Source: Octopus vulgaris
Lineage: Eukaryota
DNA: 64,000 nucleotides
Assembly (NCBI GenBank): GCA_951406725.2
Contig: OX597825.1
Span: forward strand, 23,374,001-23,438,000
Direction: 5' to 3'
This document shows, one piece after another, positions 25,400 to 38,520 of this stretch (positions within the stretch are counted from its first letter, which is position 1; every line of letters starts with the position of its first letter). The position numbers and the translations under genes are program-made. Below the pieces are notes generated by a model. The model did no database searches and was not told where the DNA came from. It saw only the letters and a list, made by a program, of their open reading frames with translations.

Positions 25400-25816
25400 C
25401 CTATTTCTTTACTGCCCACAAGGGGCTACACAGAGAGGGGACAAACAAGGACAGACAAACGGATTAAGTCGATTATATCGACCGCAGTGTGTAACTGGTA
25501 CTTATTTAATCGACCCTGAAAGGATGAAAGGCAAAGTGGACCTTGGCGGAATTTGAACTCAGAACGTAGCGGCAGACAAAATACCTATTTCTTTACTACC
25601 CACAAGGGGCTAAACACAGAGGGGACAAACAAGGACAGACAAACGGATTAAGTCGATTATATTAACCCCAGTGCATAACTGGTACTTATTTAATCGACTC
25701 CAAAAGGATGAAAGGCAAAGTCGACCTCGGCGGAATTTGAACTCAGAACGTAGCAGCGGACGAAATACTGCTAAGCATTTCGCCCGGCGTGCTAATGTTT
25801 CTGCCAACTCGCCGCC
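25400..25816 (-). mobile_element. Family B SINE tandem dimer
   Basis: Two consecutive ~185-bp body units. The same dimeric form occurs at 39283-39565 and 46523-46937. Confidence 0.85.
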
Positions 25817-26219
25817 ATTTTTAATTGTTTCTGTCATTGGATTGTGTTCATGCTGGAGCACTGCATTGAAAGGATGTTTGTCAAACAAATCAACGCAATA
25901 CTTATTCTCTTTTAAAAGTCAAGTACTTTTTCCATTGGTGTATTCTGTTAAACCAGTAAATTACAGGGATGTAAACAAACCAACATCAGTTGTCAAGCGC
26001 TGGTTGGGGACAAACACAAACACAGAGTAATGGCTTTTTAGTTTCTCATCTGAACCAATAAAACAAAGAAACAGTAAAGCACTGGACTTGACTTGTCAAT
26101 TTTCTACTCTAAATTATGTTTTTGTTAAGACAAAATAATTAGTATTATATTAGAAAATATTACAAAGTTTTTAGAAACTTTTATTTAAAACTCATAAACT
26201 TCTACTGTCTTAATTTCAG

Positions 26220-26346
26220 ATTTCACAAGAGATATAGAGTTGACTAATTTGTCTGTGAAAAGATTACAAGAGTCAGTTTCCCAAATTGATGAAGATACGA
26301 AGCGAGTTCACAAACAGTACACACTGAACAGAGACAACTGTGCCAG
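26220..26346 (+). CDS. SIX6OS1: Internal coding exon A (127 nt, phase 1 to 2) of a SIX6OS1/C14orf39-like coiled-coil protein
   Basis: Acceptor cttaatttcag|, donor CAG|gtaatg. Open frame (x)FTRDIELTNLSVKRLQESVSQIDEDTKRVHKQYTLNRDNCA(S). The DI, R..E, DE, K and DNC residues are spaced as in my recalled human SIX6OS1 aa 37-78. Gene identity is from memory, not from a search. Confidence 0.78.
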
Positions 26347-28589
26347 GTAATGTCTGAAACACAACTTTGGCACTTTCCCCTCCTTAGCCATTCTCCGTAT
26401 TACATTAGAACTGCTCTGTTCAGTTCGCGAAAACTTTCTGGAGCTAAACAATTAAAGGTAATGAAACTGACCTTTATGAATTGCTTTTAAATGGTCAGTT
26501 AATTAACTGGGAATAAAAATAATTCTGTTTATTGATTTGTTTAATTCAAAATCTCATTAGCAGTTTAAAATGCCAGTCAGACATTCAGTTGATATATTAT
26601 AACCTTTTAAAATAATTAGATGGAAGTGAAAAGGAAAGTAGACGAATGAGAGTATCAATCAAGTTGGTTGTAAGATAAATCTGATTAAAACTGACCTAAT
26701 CAAGAGTTTATAATTAGCATTATATAATGCCCGTTTAATTTATTTTATGCTGAAGTACTTGCTATTTGGATTGCTTGCAGTTAGGGGAACGAGACTTGAA
26801 TTATTTACATATTCAGCCTTTACATTTGTTTATCTTTCTGTGGAAACATGTTTTTAGAACTTAGAACTGTATCTCTTGCAGGAAGCAGGGCAGCCCCTCG
26901 AAGGTGGAAGGGTCTGTGAGGATTGAAAAAGGAAGGGGATGATAAATTGCCGTGTTTAATTCAAATGAGATGGCTTTAAGCTTTCAAACTTATCCCATGC
27001 CTTTATGAAGAATTATATGGATGTGACACTATTTTGTCTTCTCTTTTATAACAGTTTCCATGTTGGTAGTAATGGGCAACTGCTTCTTATGTTTGGGCAG
27101 GGGTTAGTATTTATCACTTTAAGAACCACCACTCCGGAATGCAGAAAATAACAAAGCGAAAATTAAATATGGGAAGTTTGTCGTCATCATTGTCATCATC
27201 ATCATTGTTTAACGTCCATTTTCCATTGGGTGGGACGGTTCCATGAGCCAGGCAGGCTGAAACCTGCACTGAACTTCTGTGACTGTTTTGGCAGGATTTT
27301 TACGGCTGGATGTCCTTCCTAACACCAATCACTCAGCAGAGTGGACTTAGTGCTTTTTTACACGGAACAAGCACAGGTGTGGTCAGTTTTGACAAGGTTT
27401 TTACAGCTGGATGCCCTTCCAAACACCGAACACTTTACACTATGGACCGGATGCTTTTAAGTGGCACCTGCACTGACAGGGTCACCAAGTACTTGCAAAA
27501 CAAAACAAAAAAACTTTTAAGAAATTATATATCATGAGAATGAATAAGAGGATGAGCTGGCAGAATTGTTAGCACACAAGGCACAGTACTTTGTTGAATT
27601 TCATCTTGTCTCTACATTCTGAGTTCAAATACCACCAAGGTTGACTTTGCTTTTATCCTTTTGGGTCAATAAAATATATTCTGGTTGAGCACTAATGTCA
27701 ACGTAATTGACCTACCTCCTCCACTGAAATTGGTGGCCTTGTGCCTAAATATGAAACCAGTGTTATGAGAATAAATCAGTTGTAAATGCTAAGATGAGAA
27801 ATTTTAGAAAATAACTTGAGGTTAATGATAAAATTGAGCAGAAAATTAATCAATAGATTTGATCTAGGAAAATAAGAGAGAATAGTCTTGTATATTCTAG
27901 ACATTACTAGCATATCCATGTCATCAAAAATGTCAACAGTTCTGTTGATGATAGACACAGTGCATGAAAACAATAGGAGATGTCAGAAACATTGGTAGAT
28001 GTCAGCAATTGAGTGAATATATGCATAGACACAGAATTGAAGTACTTGACCAAATACAGTTGTAATGTTTTGGTTGAAAATTTTACCATCCATCTCTCAC
28101 TGTCAATCACTCCCACTCTGTTTGTTGTTTTAGTTTCCTGTGTTTCAAATGCAAAAGACGAATAGGACAACTAAGTAAGGATTTTACAGCAACAGAGTGG
28201 AAATGCTTATGAGACAAATGCAAAAACTAAACAAAACTACTCCAGCGTTTGTAAAATGATTTATAGAAAGTATAAATCTTATAAACTGGAACAAATTCAA
28301 CAGCTTCAAATGCTAAGAATTTTTAGTCGAATGTATCGATCCCAGCACTTATTTCTTAAAAGCCTGGTACTTATTCTATTGGTCTCTTTTGCTGAACTGC
28401 CAAGTTACAGGGACATAAACACACTAATTCTAGTTGTCAAGCGGTGGTGAGGGGAACAAACACAGACACAAAGACACACACACTCACACACATACATGTG
28501 TGTATATATATATATATATATATCATCATCATCATCATCATCATCATCGTTTAGCGTCCGTTTATCCATATATATATATATATATATAT

Positions 28590-28620
<31 letters not shown>

Positions 28621-28764
28621 TATAGATATATATATAGAGAGAGATATATATATATATATAATCACAATAAGCAACAAGGTGATTGTAATCACCCTTTTTG
28701 AATTATATGGATAATACCATACTAAATTCTGGTGCCTTTAACTTAAGTACCATATTCAACTGAA

Positions 28765-28804
<40 letters not shown>

Positions 28805-30000
28805 CAACAGGCTTCTTTCAGTTTCCATCTACAAAATCCACTCACAAGGCTTTGGTCAGCCCAAGGCTATAGTAGAAGACACTTGTCCAAGTTGCCACAC
28901 AGTGAGACTGAACCTTGGGAAGCAAGCTTCTTACCACACAGCCATGCCTGCACCTATACATATATTGATATTTCATGGAAATTATGGCACACATTGTAAA
29001 TTTCTTGTTTCAGTATTATACATTTCTCTCTCAGGTCCATGAATATCTATTCCCGTCTCAGGTCCTATCTTCATCATATTCTCTCTCTTCTCTCTATTTC
29101 TCTCTTCTATCTATTTGTGATATATATCATTCTTCTTCTATATCTGTTGTAGTCTCTTATACGAGGAATATGATGTACCTTATGCAAATTTTGAATCGAT
29201 TCTTCCTTCCCCATTACAAATCCTGATATCTTCTTGTTGGAACTAGTATTTATCAGTTGAACGCGTTTATTATTAGCAACTTCAATGGAATACAGTGATG
29301 TCCATATCCATTTGACAGTTAATGCGCTTTGTCCAATCCCGTGCTGTGCAAATAACTGTATTGCATTGGTAACTTAATAGAATCTAGTCCGTTGCTTCAG
29401 TTCCTTTCCAATGGCTTAATAAATTATATTCCTTCTCCAGAGTAATCAATTAATAATGAGTATCTTCACTATCTTCTTTCTTTGATTTGACTTGATGCTG
29501 ATAGAACCGGTTGAATTCAGAGCCATGCTTGAAGGTTTGTAATCAGCACTGTGAGATAATAAAACAGTAAATTTCTTTTGGTTCTTGGCTGTTTACAGTT
29601 GGAAACCTTACTATCACCCATGGTGCATATTTACAGCTTTGTGTACTGAGCCAATGAAAGATGATTTGATTTTTTTTTTGTTTTTTGTCACAGACATGGT
29701 GCAACACTTATAAAAAAGAATGTTCAGCTAATATTCAGGATTAGCAGACTATAGTCTGTGGGCCAAATCCAACACACAGCTTTATTTCGCCTAGTTTGTG
29801 GGCTTCATTGAGCTTGTGATGTTGCATACAGAATTTTTTGTGTTCAATATAAATATTTAGTTGGTGAGCAATAAAATTTAGTATCAGTAAAAGGTCTAAT
29901 TTTCTCACTGGCATCAAATGACATGTTTCATATTCATCCATACTGTGTAAGAACTGAGTATATTCAGTTCCATGCATGTGCACTTGGGACAGGGGAACCA

Positions 30001-30618
30001 TACTCTCTTTTACTTGTTTCAGTCATTTGACTATGGCCATGCTGGAGCACCGTCTTTAGTCAAACAAATCGACCCTAGGACTTATTCTTTATAAGCCTAG
30101 TACTTATTCTATCAGTCTCATTTGCTGAACCACTAAGTAAACTCACCAGCATTGATTGTCAAGCAATGGTGGGGGGGGGGACAAACACAGACACACAAAC
30201 ACATACAGACACACATACATATATATGTATATATATGTATATACATATATACAATGGGCTTCTTTCAGTTTCTGTCTACCAACCACATGGTTCTGGGTTC
30301 AGTCCCGCTGCGTGGCACCTTGACCAAGTGTCTTCTACTGTAGCCTCGGGCTGATCAAAGTCTTGTGAGTGGATTTGGTAGACAGAAACTGAAAGAAGCC
30401 CATCATTTATATGTGTGTTTGTGTGTCTGTGTTTGTCCCACCAACATCGCTTGACAGCTGATGCTGGTGTGTTTGCGTCCCCGTAACTTAGCGGTTTGGC
30501 AAAAGAGACCGATAGAATAAGTACTAGGCTTACAAAGAATAAGTCCTGGGGTTGATTTGCTCAACTAAAGGCAGTGCTCCAGCATAGCCACAGTCAAATG
30601 ACTGAAACAAGTAAAGAG
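30001..30618. mobile_element. Two family A SINE parts fused head-to-head (inverted pair)
   Basis: 30001-30280 is a minus-strand 3' half. 30281-30618 is a plus-strand copy. Junction at tctgtctacc|aaccacatgg. Confidence 0.85.
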
Positions 30619-32295
30619 CACACACACACTTACCCACACACTCATACCTACTTACAAGAGACAAAGAGAGTGGTTACTTATGGCATAGGTATGTAGTTTA
30701 CTGCCAAATCCTACTCCATATACAGTTTTAGAATGGGACTAGCTTTTTTACTGTAGGGCCACTTGTTGAGGAAGTCGTCTCTAAGTTGTAAATTTTTCTT
30801 TTACAGATATTGTATTGTTTGAAATTTGTCTTTTTGGTATACATCTCTTCATATCTTTTCAAGAATGATTTGCTCCAGGGATAACTTAAAAGACCTTCTT
30901 TTTAACAGGTTAATATTATAATGGAAAGCTGAAAGAATTGTTAACATGCCAGAAAAAAATTCCTGGCAGCCCTTTGTCCATCTTTACATTCCAAATTCAA
31001 ATTTCCTCTGATGTCGACTTTGTCTTTCATCCTTTCAGGATCAATAAAATAAGTACTAGTTTAACCGAGGGGTCGATGTAATCGACTGAACCCTGCTTCA
31101 TAAAAATTGCTGGCTTTGTGCCATATTTGAAACCAATATTAACATGGTGAGCTGGCAGGATCGTTAGTACACCAGGCAAAATGCTTAGTGGCATTTTGTC
31201 TGTCTTTACATTCTGAGTTCAAATTCCACCAAGGTTGACTTTATCTTTAGTCCTTTTGAGGTCATGAAAATAAATACCAGTTAAGCACTGGGGTTGATAC
31301 AATTGACTTACTTTCTCCTCTGAACTTGCTGGCCTTGTGCCAAATTTTGAAGCCAATATCATAATGGCCAACAAAACAATATAAGCCAATAAAAGTCTGT
31401 ACATTTCATTAGAATAAGACATTTATCAGCACATAAAATTACTTTCCTTTTTTATTGCTTATAATAACACTGATTTTCCCATCAAGTTTGCATAAAGAAC
31501 AAAGTTAAAAGGATTACAAATTGTTCTAAAGTGAATACTTTAAAAGATTTATGGAAACAATATTGATTTGGTAAAAAGAGGTGACTTATTGCTCTTTTAT
31601 TTTTGATATAATTCATCTGAATAATTTGTTAGGGGAATTAAATTTGCATGGCTGTGTAGTTAACAAAAAATAAGCTTTGCAGTTACGTGGTCTTAATTTC
31701 AGTTTTGCTCTCTGGAACTTGGAACAAATATTTTGTATTATTGCTTTGAGCTGACCAAACCCTTGGGAGCAGAATTATTAGAAGCAAACTGCATTGAGAC
31801 CCATTGTATATTTATGTATTATATATATATATATAGGATTCGAGCGAGGTTGTTGCCAGTACCGCCTGACTGGCCCCCATGCCGGTGGCACGTAAAAAGC
31901 ACCCACTACACTCTCGGAGTGGTTGGCGTTAGGAAGGGCATCCAACTGTAGAAACTCTGCCAAATCAAGATTGGAGACTGGTGCAACCATCTGGTTCGCC
32001 AGCCCTCAGTCAAAATCGTCCAACCCATGCTAGCATGGAAAGCAGACATTAAACGATGATGATGATGATATATATATATTGAGGTTATGAGAGGTAATGG
32101 TGTCAAGAAGACCCAAAGGTGTCAGGTAATGCTGAGTAAGTGCTATGGACAGACCATAGATAAGCTCCAGGTTCGGTGATTATGCGAATGAGGAGTCCAA
32201 CATAGGTCATACATCAGCATGCGTTTATATAAAAATATTTTAACAGAGTGAGATAAAAATCCAAGGCTGTGAAAGATTTTAGAACATTTAAAAAG

Positions 32296-32348
32296 AGGTC
32301 TTACAGCTGTTTCCGGGATATTTTATAGATCCCTTCATCGGAGATGGT
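32296..32348 (-). ncRNA. Hammerhead-like motif with a variant core (Penelope-like)
   Basis: Minus strand: tct-CCGATGA-agggat...atcccg-GAAAC-agct-GTA-aga. Palindromic helix III acagctgt. Confidence 0.55.
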
Positions 32349-32698
32349 GTGAGAAAATGGTTAAGCAATAGTTATTCTAGAAAAGATATGAAATAGAGAG
32401 GGTAGTGGAGGAATGAAAATAGATGTGAGATATGCAGGGATATTGTATCTGCAGTTCCATAATTTAAGCAGAATTGTATACATATAAGTTTCCTGTACCT
32501 TGTGTGAATGACCAATTTTAAATACTATTGGAACTTACACACAAGGTACAGGAATCTTATATGTATACTATTCTATCTAAATAATGGAACTGAAGATACA
32601 ATATCCCTGCATATCTCACATTCTATTTTCATTCCTCCACTTCACTCTCTATTTCATATTTTCTCTAGAATAACTATTGCTTAACCATTTTCTCACAC
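32347..32698. repeat. ~350-bp palindrome (Penelope-like inverted terminus)
   Basis: gtgtgagaaaatggttaagcaatagttattctag pairs with ctagaataactattgcttaaccattttctcacac. Arms ~165 bp. Confidence 0.9.
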
Positions 32699-32702
32699 TC
32701 TC

Positions 32703-32930
32703 TCCAATTTGACCTCTTTGAAAGTTCAATAGATCTGTCATTCAAATGAATTTTAATTTCCTTTTTCTGATGATATCTGAAAAGAAACAGCAATTTTAGC
32801 AAAACATATTAAGCAACACTAATAATAAATCAAAAAACATAAAAGTAAACAGGCTTTTGACGGTTTTATAAATATTTCAAAATTATGATGCTGTGATGCT
32901 AGATGTTTCCATTATTTTGTTCAGCCCCTG
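32703..32930 (-). mobile_element. Tc1-like transposon 5' fragment
   Basis: TA|caggggctgaacaaaataatggaaaca terminus. Transposase start MTDLLNFQRGQI at 32741. Confidence 0.7.
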
Positions 32931-33258
32931 TATATGTGTATACATGAAAGTTGTTGCTTCTGTTTCTTGCATGTGTTCATCTGAGCACCAAATTGTGTTG
33001 TGTTTATTTTCCACTTGAACAGTATGATCTTTAGCTCTGTGCTCTTGAAGTAGGGAAACGAATAATCCTTTACTTGTAAAACTGCAAAGAGCCAATGCCA
33101 GAAAGAACATCCAGTAATGAAAATATTGCCTGAAATAATTTTACATTCAACCTATGCTAGCATAAAAAAAATACAAATGGGTATAAAACAAATGAATGGG
33201 TCCGCTCATACAAGTTTTATTTTATGAAACTTTCAGGTTTTCTCTAATTTTATTTCAG

Positions 33259-33348
33259 CCTGAAGAAAACAACCAAACTTCTTGCTGATCATGAAGATTC
33301 ACTTCAGAAAAAACTTGAAGCCAATAACGAAAAATACAGCGATGAGAT
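33259..33348 (+). CDS. SIX6OS1: Internal coding exon B (90 nt, phase 2 to 2) of SIX6OS1-like gene
   Basis: Acceptor aattttatttcag|, donor GAT|gttagt. Frame (S)LKKTTKLLADHEDSLQKKLEANNEKYSDE(M). Phase is compatible with exon A. K.T......HED..Q matches recalled human WKPTCDVFRKHEDYMQ. Confidence 0.78.
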
Positions 33349-33458
33349 GTTAGTATTTAATTTTAATTATTTTTATTAGACATCGATATTCCGATACATG
33401 TTGGTTTGAGTTTCATTTTATTCTTGTTTGATTTCTGAAGTTGTTCCTTCTTCTTTAA

Positions 33459-34600
33459 CCCTTTAGTGCTCAAACTGGTCAAAACCAGCCGAGAATAATT
33501 TCCCTTTGTTTCTTTGAGCCAGCCAAATCTAGCCCTGTCTGATTTCTCAACAAAATTGCTAAAAAAAAATATAAACAAATCACATTGTTGAATTCTTGTA
33601 GCTTTGAGATAATGTAATTTAAAGCATTCCCTGCCTTTATTCAAATAAAAATATCATGAAATTTTTGAGACTTCTTGGTTTTTTCAACTTTTGAAAAGAG
33701 GTGTATATCTTAGTTTTTAACGATATGGCATCAACAAGTAGCAATTCTGACTTTGAAGGTTTTTCTCTTGGTGCTGTACAAAATATAAATGGGAACAGCA
33801 ATGATTTGTCTTTGGATGAATCTGATATTGATATTTATGAATCTTCGTCAGATGAGGAAGATTTTGATAATGAAAGTGATAAAAATGAAAGTAATGTAAA
33901 TGATATTGAAAACATTACGGCAACATAGATGAAGATTACTACATCAACCAGAATTCCTGATTTCACAGAAAAGACTAGTTCACAACACAGTCTATCTTCC
34001 GATGCTCAACCATTGGACTATTTGTTTTTATTTTTACCGAAATGTTCTTTTGGAACTGTTGCAGAGGAGACAAATAAATATGCTCAACTGATAATTTCTA
34101 TTCATGGAAGACCTGATCCATTATGGCAGCCAACTGATACCTCAGAAATGTCAGCGTTTTTTACTATAAACATTATGTTTGGTATGAAGCAGCTTCCTCA
34201 ACTGTGGAACTAATGGAGTCCTGGTATAAGGTATGGAGATCCATATATCTCCGGCATTATGTCTATCTATAGTTAATTCATATATTGTTTATGTAAAAAG
34301 CCACAAGATACCTCTGCCACCAAAAGATTACAACCATTTGAAATTTCGGGTTGATATCGCACCTCAGTTATGTGAAGGCTTTTCTTCCAGAAAGCACAGA
34401 ACTGGGAGAAAAGCAAGATTAACTGAGGTGGATGTCAACAGTGAAAATATTAATTTCCATAAAGTGGAAAAAATAAATGGAAGGAAAAAAGTTTGCAGAC
34501 TATGTTTGCTGCAAAAAAAAAAACAAAACTTGCAAATGGATATCAGGTCGAGACTTCATATATGTGTTCGTTTTGTAAAGTGCATAACTGTATTTTGTTA
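33459..34600 (+). mobile_element. Internally deleted piggyBac (PGBD-like) transposase remnant
   Basis: TTAA|ccctttag terminus. Acidic N-terminus MASTSSNSDFEGF...SSSDEED (ATG 33725), PLDYL...VAEETNKYAQ...WQPTDTSEMSAF, LSIVNSYIVY...LKFRVDIA, and a Cys-rich tail RKKVCRLC. Contains stops and frameshifts. Confidence 0.88.
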
Positions 34601-35354
34601 TTTGATAGTAATACTATCATATATTCCTTTCATTTTATTACAAATAATATGTGAAAGTGAGAAAAACTCATTAATTTTCAGTATGTTACACACCTGTATT
34701 CATCTTTATCTCACCTGTTAATTAGATTTTTTATTAGATACATTGTTATGCAAATATATTCATTAAATTAAGTATAAGAGTACCTAGCCAATGGTTTCAT
34801 ACTTTATTTTCAATGAAAATATTTGAATGAAATATAGAAAAAGAATAAAATCTTGTACCGATTACACCTGTATTTTAATTAATTCAAATTAATGTACCTC
34901 ATCTTAAAAAGTGCTAAAATTGTTGGTAGTTGACATCTGGGATAATTTTAGTTACAAATCAAACAGGTAAGATGCTTTATGAATTTCAATTTTAGTATTT
35001 GTCCATAATGTTATTGCTTTTACACCTGTTAATTAAATTTACCTGCCCATAAAAGTCAAATTTAATCAAAAAGCACCCACTACACTCTCGGAGTGGTTGG
35101 CATTAGGAGAGGCATCCAGCTGTAGAAACTCTGCCAGATCAAAATTGAAGCCTGGTGCAGCCATCTGGTTCGCCAGCCCTCAGTCAAATCGTCCAACCCA
35201 TGCTAGCATGGAAAGCGGACATTAAATGATGATGATGATGATGATGATGATGATTAATAAGCCTGCTGGTTATTTGTGATACCAGTGTCTAAAAAGATGC
35301 TGGTATTCTACATATCATAGCAGCGAGATTTGACTTGTATGCAGTGACTGGTGC

Positions 35355-35400
35355 TTCCCACTGATGAGGTCCAGTAGACTGAAATCACATGATATTGGAA
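35355..35400 (+). ncRNA. Type I hammerhead-like ribozyme in a repeat end
   Basis: ttccca-CTGATGA-ggtc.cagta.gact-GAAA-tcacatga-TA-ttggaa. Downstream sequence is shared with 57580-57690. Confidence 0.65.
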
Positions 35401-35611
35401 TTCTGATACTCATGATAGACGATTCTTGTGTGCTACAATCTGTGTGTGTGCTTTTATGCACCAAGCACCTATATGAGAGAATCTCTCAAGGCTAACAATG
35501 CAGTATTCAGTGTTCTAGTAAGGCATCTGTGTCAAGTTGGATATAAAGATTTTGGTAGTAATACTACTTCTGTTGCTAATAATTATTATTATTGAGTTAA
35601 AACAATAAAGT

Positions 35612-36105
35612 AGTGAGCTGGCAGAATTGTTAGCACACCAAGCAGAATGCTTAGCACCATTTTGTCCATCTTCACATTCTGAGTTCAAATTGCACCACGG
35701 TCGACTTTGCCTGTCATTCCTCTCAGGGTCGATAAATTAAATGCCAATGAAACATTGGGGTCAATAAATTAAGCACCAGTGAAACACTGGGGTCGATGTA
35801 ATTGACTAGTCCCTTTCCTGCAAATTTCAGGCCTTGTGCCTTCTGTAGAAAGGGTTATTAAATGGCAGGAATGAGCTGGCAGAAACATTAGCACGCCGGG
35901 CGAAATGCTTAGCAGTAATTCATCTGCCATTACGTTCTGAGTTCAAATTCTGCCGAGGTCGACTTTGCCTTTCATCCTTTCGGGGTCGATAAATTAAGTA
36001 CCATTTGTGCACTGGGGTTGATGTAATCGACTTAATCCCTTTGTCTGTCTGTCCTTGTTTGTCCCCTCTATGTTTAGCCACTTGTGGGAAATAAAGAAAT
36101 AAGAA
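35612..36105 (+). mobile_element. Two family B SINEs in tandem or nested
   Basis: gagctggcagaa heads at ~35615 and ~35872. Confidence 0.85.
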
Positions 36106-37849
36106 AGGATTATTAAATTAAAGCAATAAATTTGGGGAAAATACCTTGCAGTGTTTGTTCTGTTTGTTTTCTTTTTTTTCTGAGTTCAAATTCCACCAAG
36201 TTCAAATCTGTCTTTCATTCCTCAGGGGCTGATAAAGCAAAGTACCCATCGACTACTGAGATGAGGATATTAGCTAACCCACTCCCCTCAAAAGCACTGG
36301 TCTTGAGCTTAAGTCAGAAACAACTATCATTAACAGTAGCAGAGACTGAGACAAATAACCTTCATGCTTTGATGGCAAAATCTAGAAAAGTAGTCTTGAT
36401 ATGAATGCTGTCTATCCTTATAGTATGCTTCACAAGTCCATCTTACTATCTACTTTTGAACAGCATTGCATTTCATTTTATGCTTCCATGCATCCTCTTA
36501 GAAAGTATTAACTTAAACTTCTTTATTGACTTTTAAAATGCTTTTAAAACATTAGTTGCAGGACTGTAGTCACTGACCAATGTTTCTGCATGTGGCTGAT
36601 TCACTTCCACCCTTCAGAGATGCTTTGTTTTATATGAAGACCGTCTGGTGTTTGGCAACCACTCTATTTACCTTCACCAATAATTAGAATGTTCTGCTCA
36701 TGATCATAAAGTCACAAGTTCAATTCCTGAATTGGACAGCATACTATATCCTTGAGTTCGGCATTTCATTTCATTTCATTTCACATTGCTCCTATCTACT
36801 CAGCTGTAATGTGTACCAGCTGCATGCTGGGGAAACCCTCTTTTACACCAGTTCTCACATTCTGGATGTTTTGCTGGGTCAAGGGTGAGCGAGCTGAAAA
36901 GGTAACTAGGTTTGTACATGACTACATAAAACAATAAGTGAAGCCATGGTACATGTTTCCAAGCCATATTTACTTGCAAGTGACAGCTAGCTGTATTGTT
37001 TTCGCATATCAGTGAACTTTGTAGAGACTAAAGAATCATATTTGGAACTTAGTTCTTTACATGAAAACCGAGACACTATTCTCTCTTGAACTTCAATCAT
37101 CCTCATGGGAATATCCACAATTCCTTTTGATATTTTACTCTCATTTTTGCTATAGAATGTTGAAGATTCTGCATAATTTTGGCAAGTCAAGCCACCAAGG
37201 ATCTTGCATGGCTCCAGTTACAAAAGAACTGTCTGGTGTTCTTTTTTTTTAAATAAAGATTCTTTTAATATTTAGTTTCTAGCATCAATTATTTATAAAG
37301 GATTGCTTTTCTCTGGAAGTATTCAACAATGGAAATGTTTTTTAAATTATCAAGTTTTCCATGTAATTATCTGTCTCTCTGGGTATATTCTTCCTTTCCT
37401 TATTCTTTTTACCATTTATATATATATAAAAAAAAGGGAAATATATTGTACAACCTAACAAAGTAAATATTCTATCATATTTATGCATTCGCACACAAAC
37501 ACACACCATTTGTTCCTTATAAAACCAATCAGTTTTTGCATATAAAATGCATCTAAATGTAAGTTTGCTTGATATATGTATTTAAGAACACACTTCTTTA
37601 ATTTAGAAATAAAAGTGGTTTGATTATTGATGCTGAAAGTATTCATACCATAAAATATTTTGCAAAAACTCATCTAGAATTCTCTCCGATTCCTTCTCAT
37701 CCTACTATACTTTCAAAACTCGATTTTCTTTCGGAGAACATTTCTCACAGAGTTATATTCCAGGAAGTTCCCTAGTAATTTATTTTGAGGAATTCTGAAG
37801 GGTATTTCATTGGTTTGCAAGAGTGGGGTTGGGTGGGGGGTACCAAAAT

Positions 37850-38520
37850 TATTCTCTGTCTTTTTGTGGATGACTTGAAGCTGTAAGCTTCACCTCATAT
37901 GCATGAAGTGAAAAAGAGCCTTGACCTGGTTACAACATTCTCAAAGGGCTGGAGTTTGGTCCCGATAAATGTTCCCTTATGGTTGTGAAAGAAGGGAAAA
38001 CTGTGAAGCAGACTAGCAGCATCTTCATCAATGACTGAACTATTTCTCTGTATCTGATGAGGTATGTTACAGGTAATTAAGGATGGACAGAAAGATATTT
38101 TACAATGGCACCTGTAATAAGAAACACGTCACTAAAGAATATGAACCTCGGAACACTGCATGGAATGTATTGTCGATGGACATTTGGGATACTTGATTGG
38201 ATGCTTGATGAGATCTGAGCCATTGATGTGAAAACCCACAAGGTGTTGGCCAGCACAGGTAATGTTCATCTGAAATGAAAACAGTGGGGTGGAGTCTAAA
38301 TATTGATACACGCAGTTTTTGAATGCCACATCATATCCCTTCAGCAATATCTTTTGACTACCAAGTGTCAAAGTGCAGTCTGCTTACATGAGGCATGCTA
38401 CTGCATGTGACTTCAAAAGCAGCTCCTTGAGAAACACTCCCTCGAAAACATGCTCAACGAAGTTGCATGTCTCTACAGCATTATATCATCAGGTGAAAGG
38501 ATGAGTCCATAGTAGAAAGC
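37850..38520 (+). mobile_element. Highly decayed R4-type reverse transcriptase fragment
   Basis: tttgtggatgacttgaagctg (FVDDLKL) and ctggagtttggtcccgataaatgt (LEFGPDKC). Confidence 0.6.

Noticed and set aside
33701-34721. Domesticated PGBD gene
   Set aside because: In-frame stops, frameshifts and deletion of the catalytic core.
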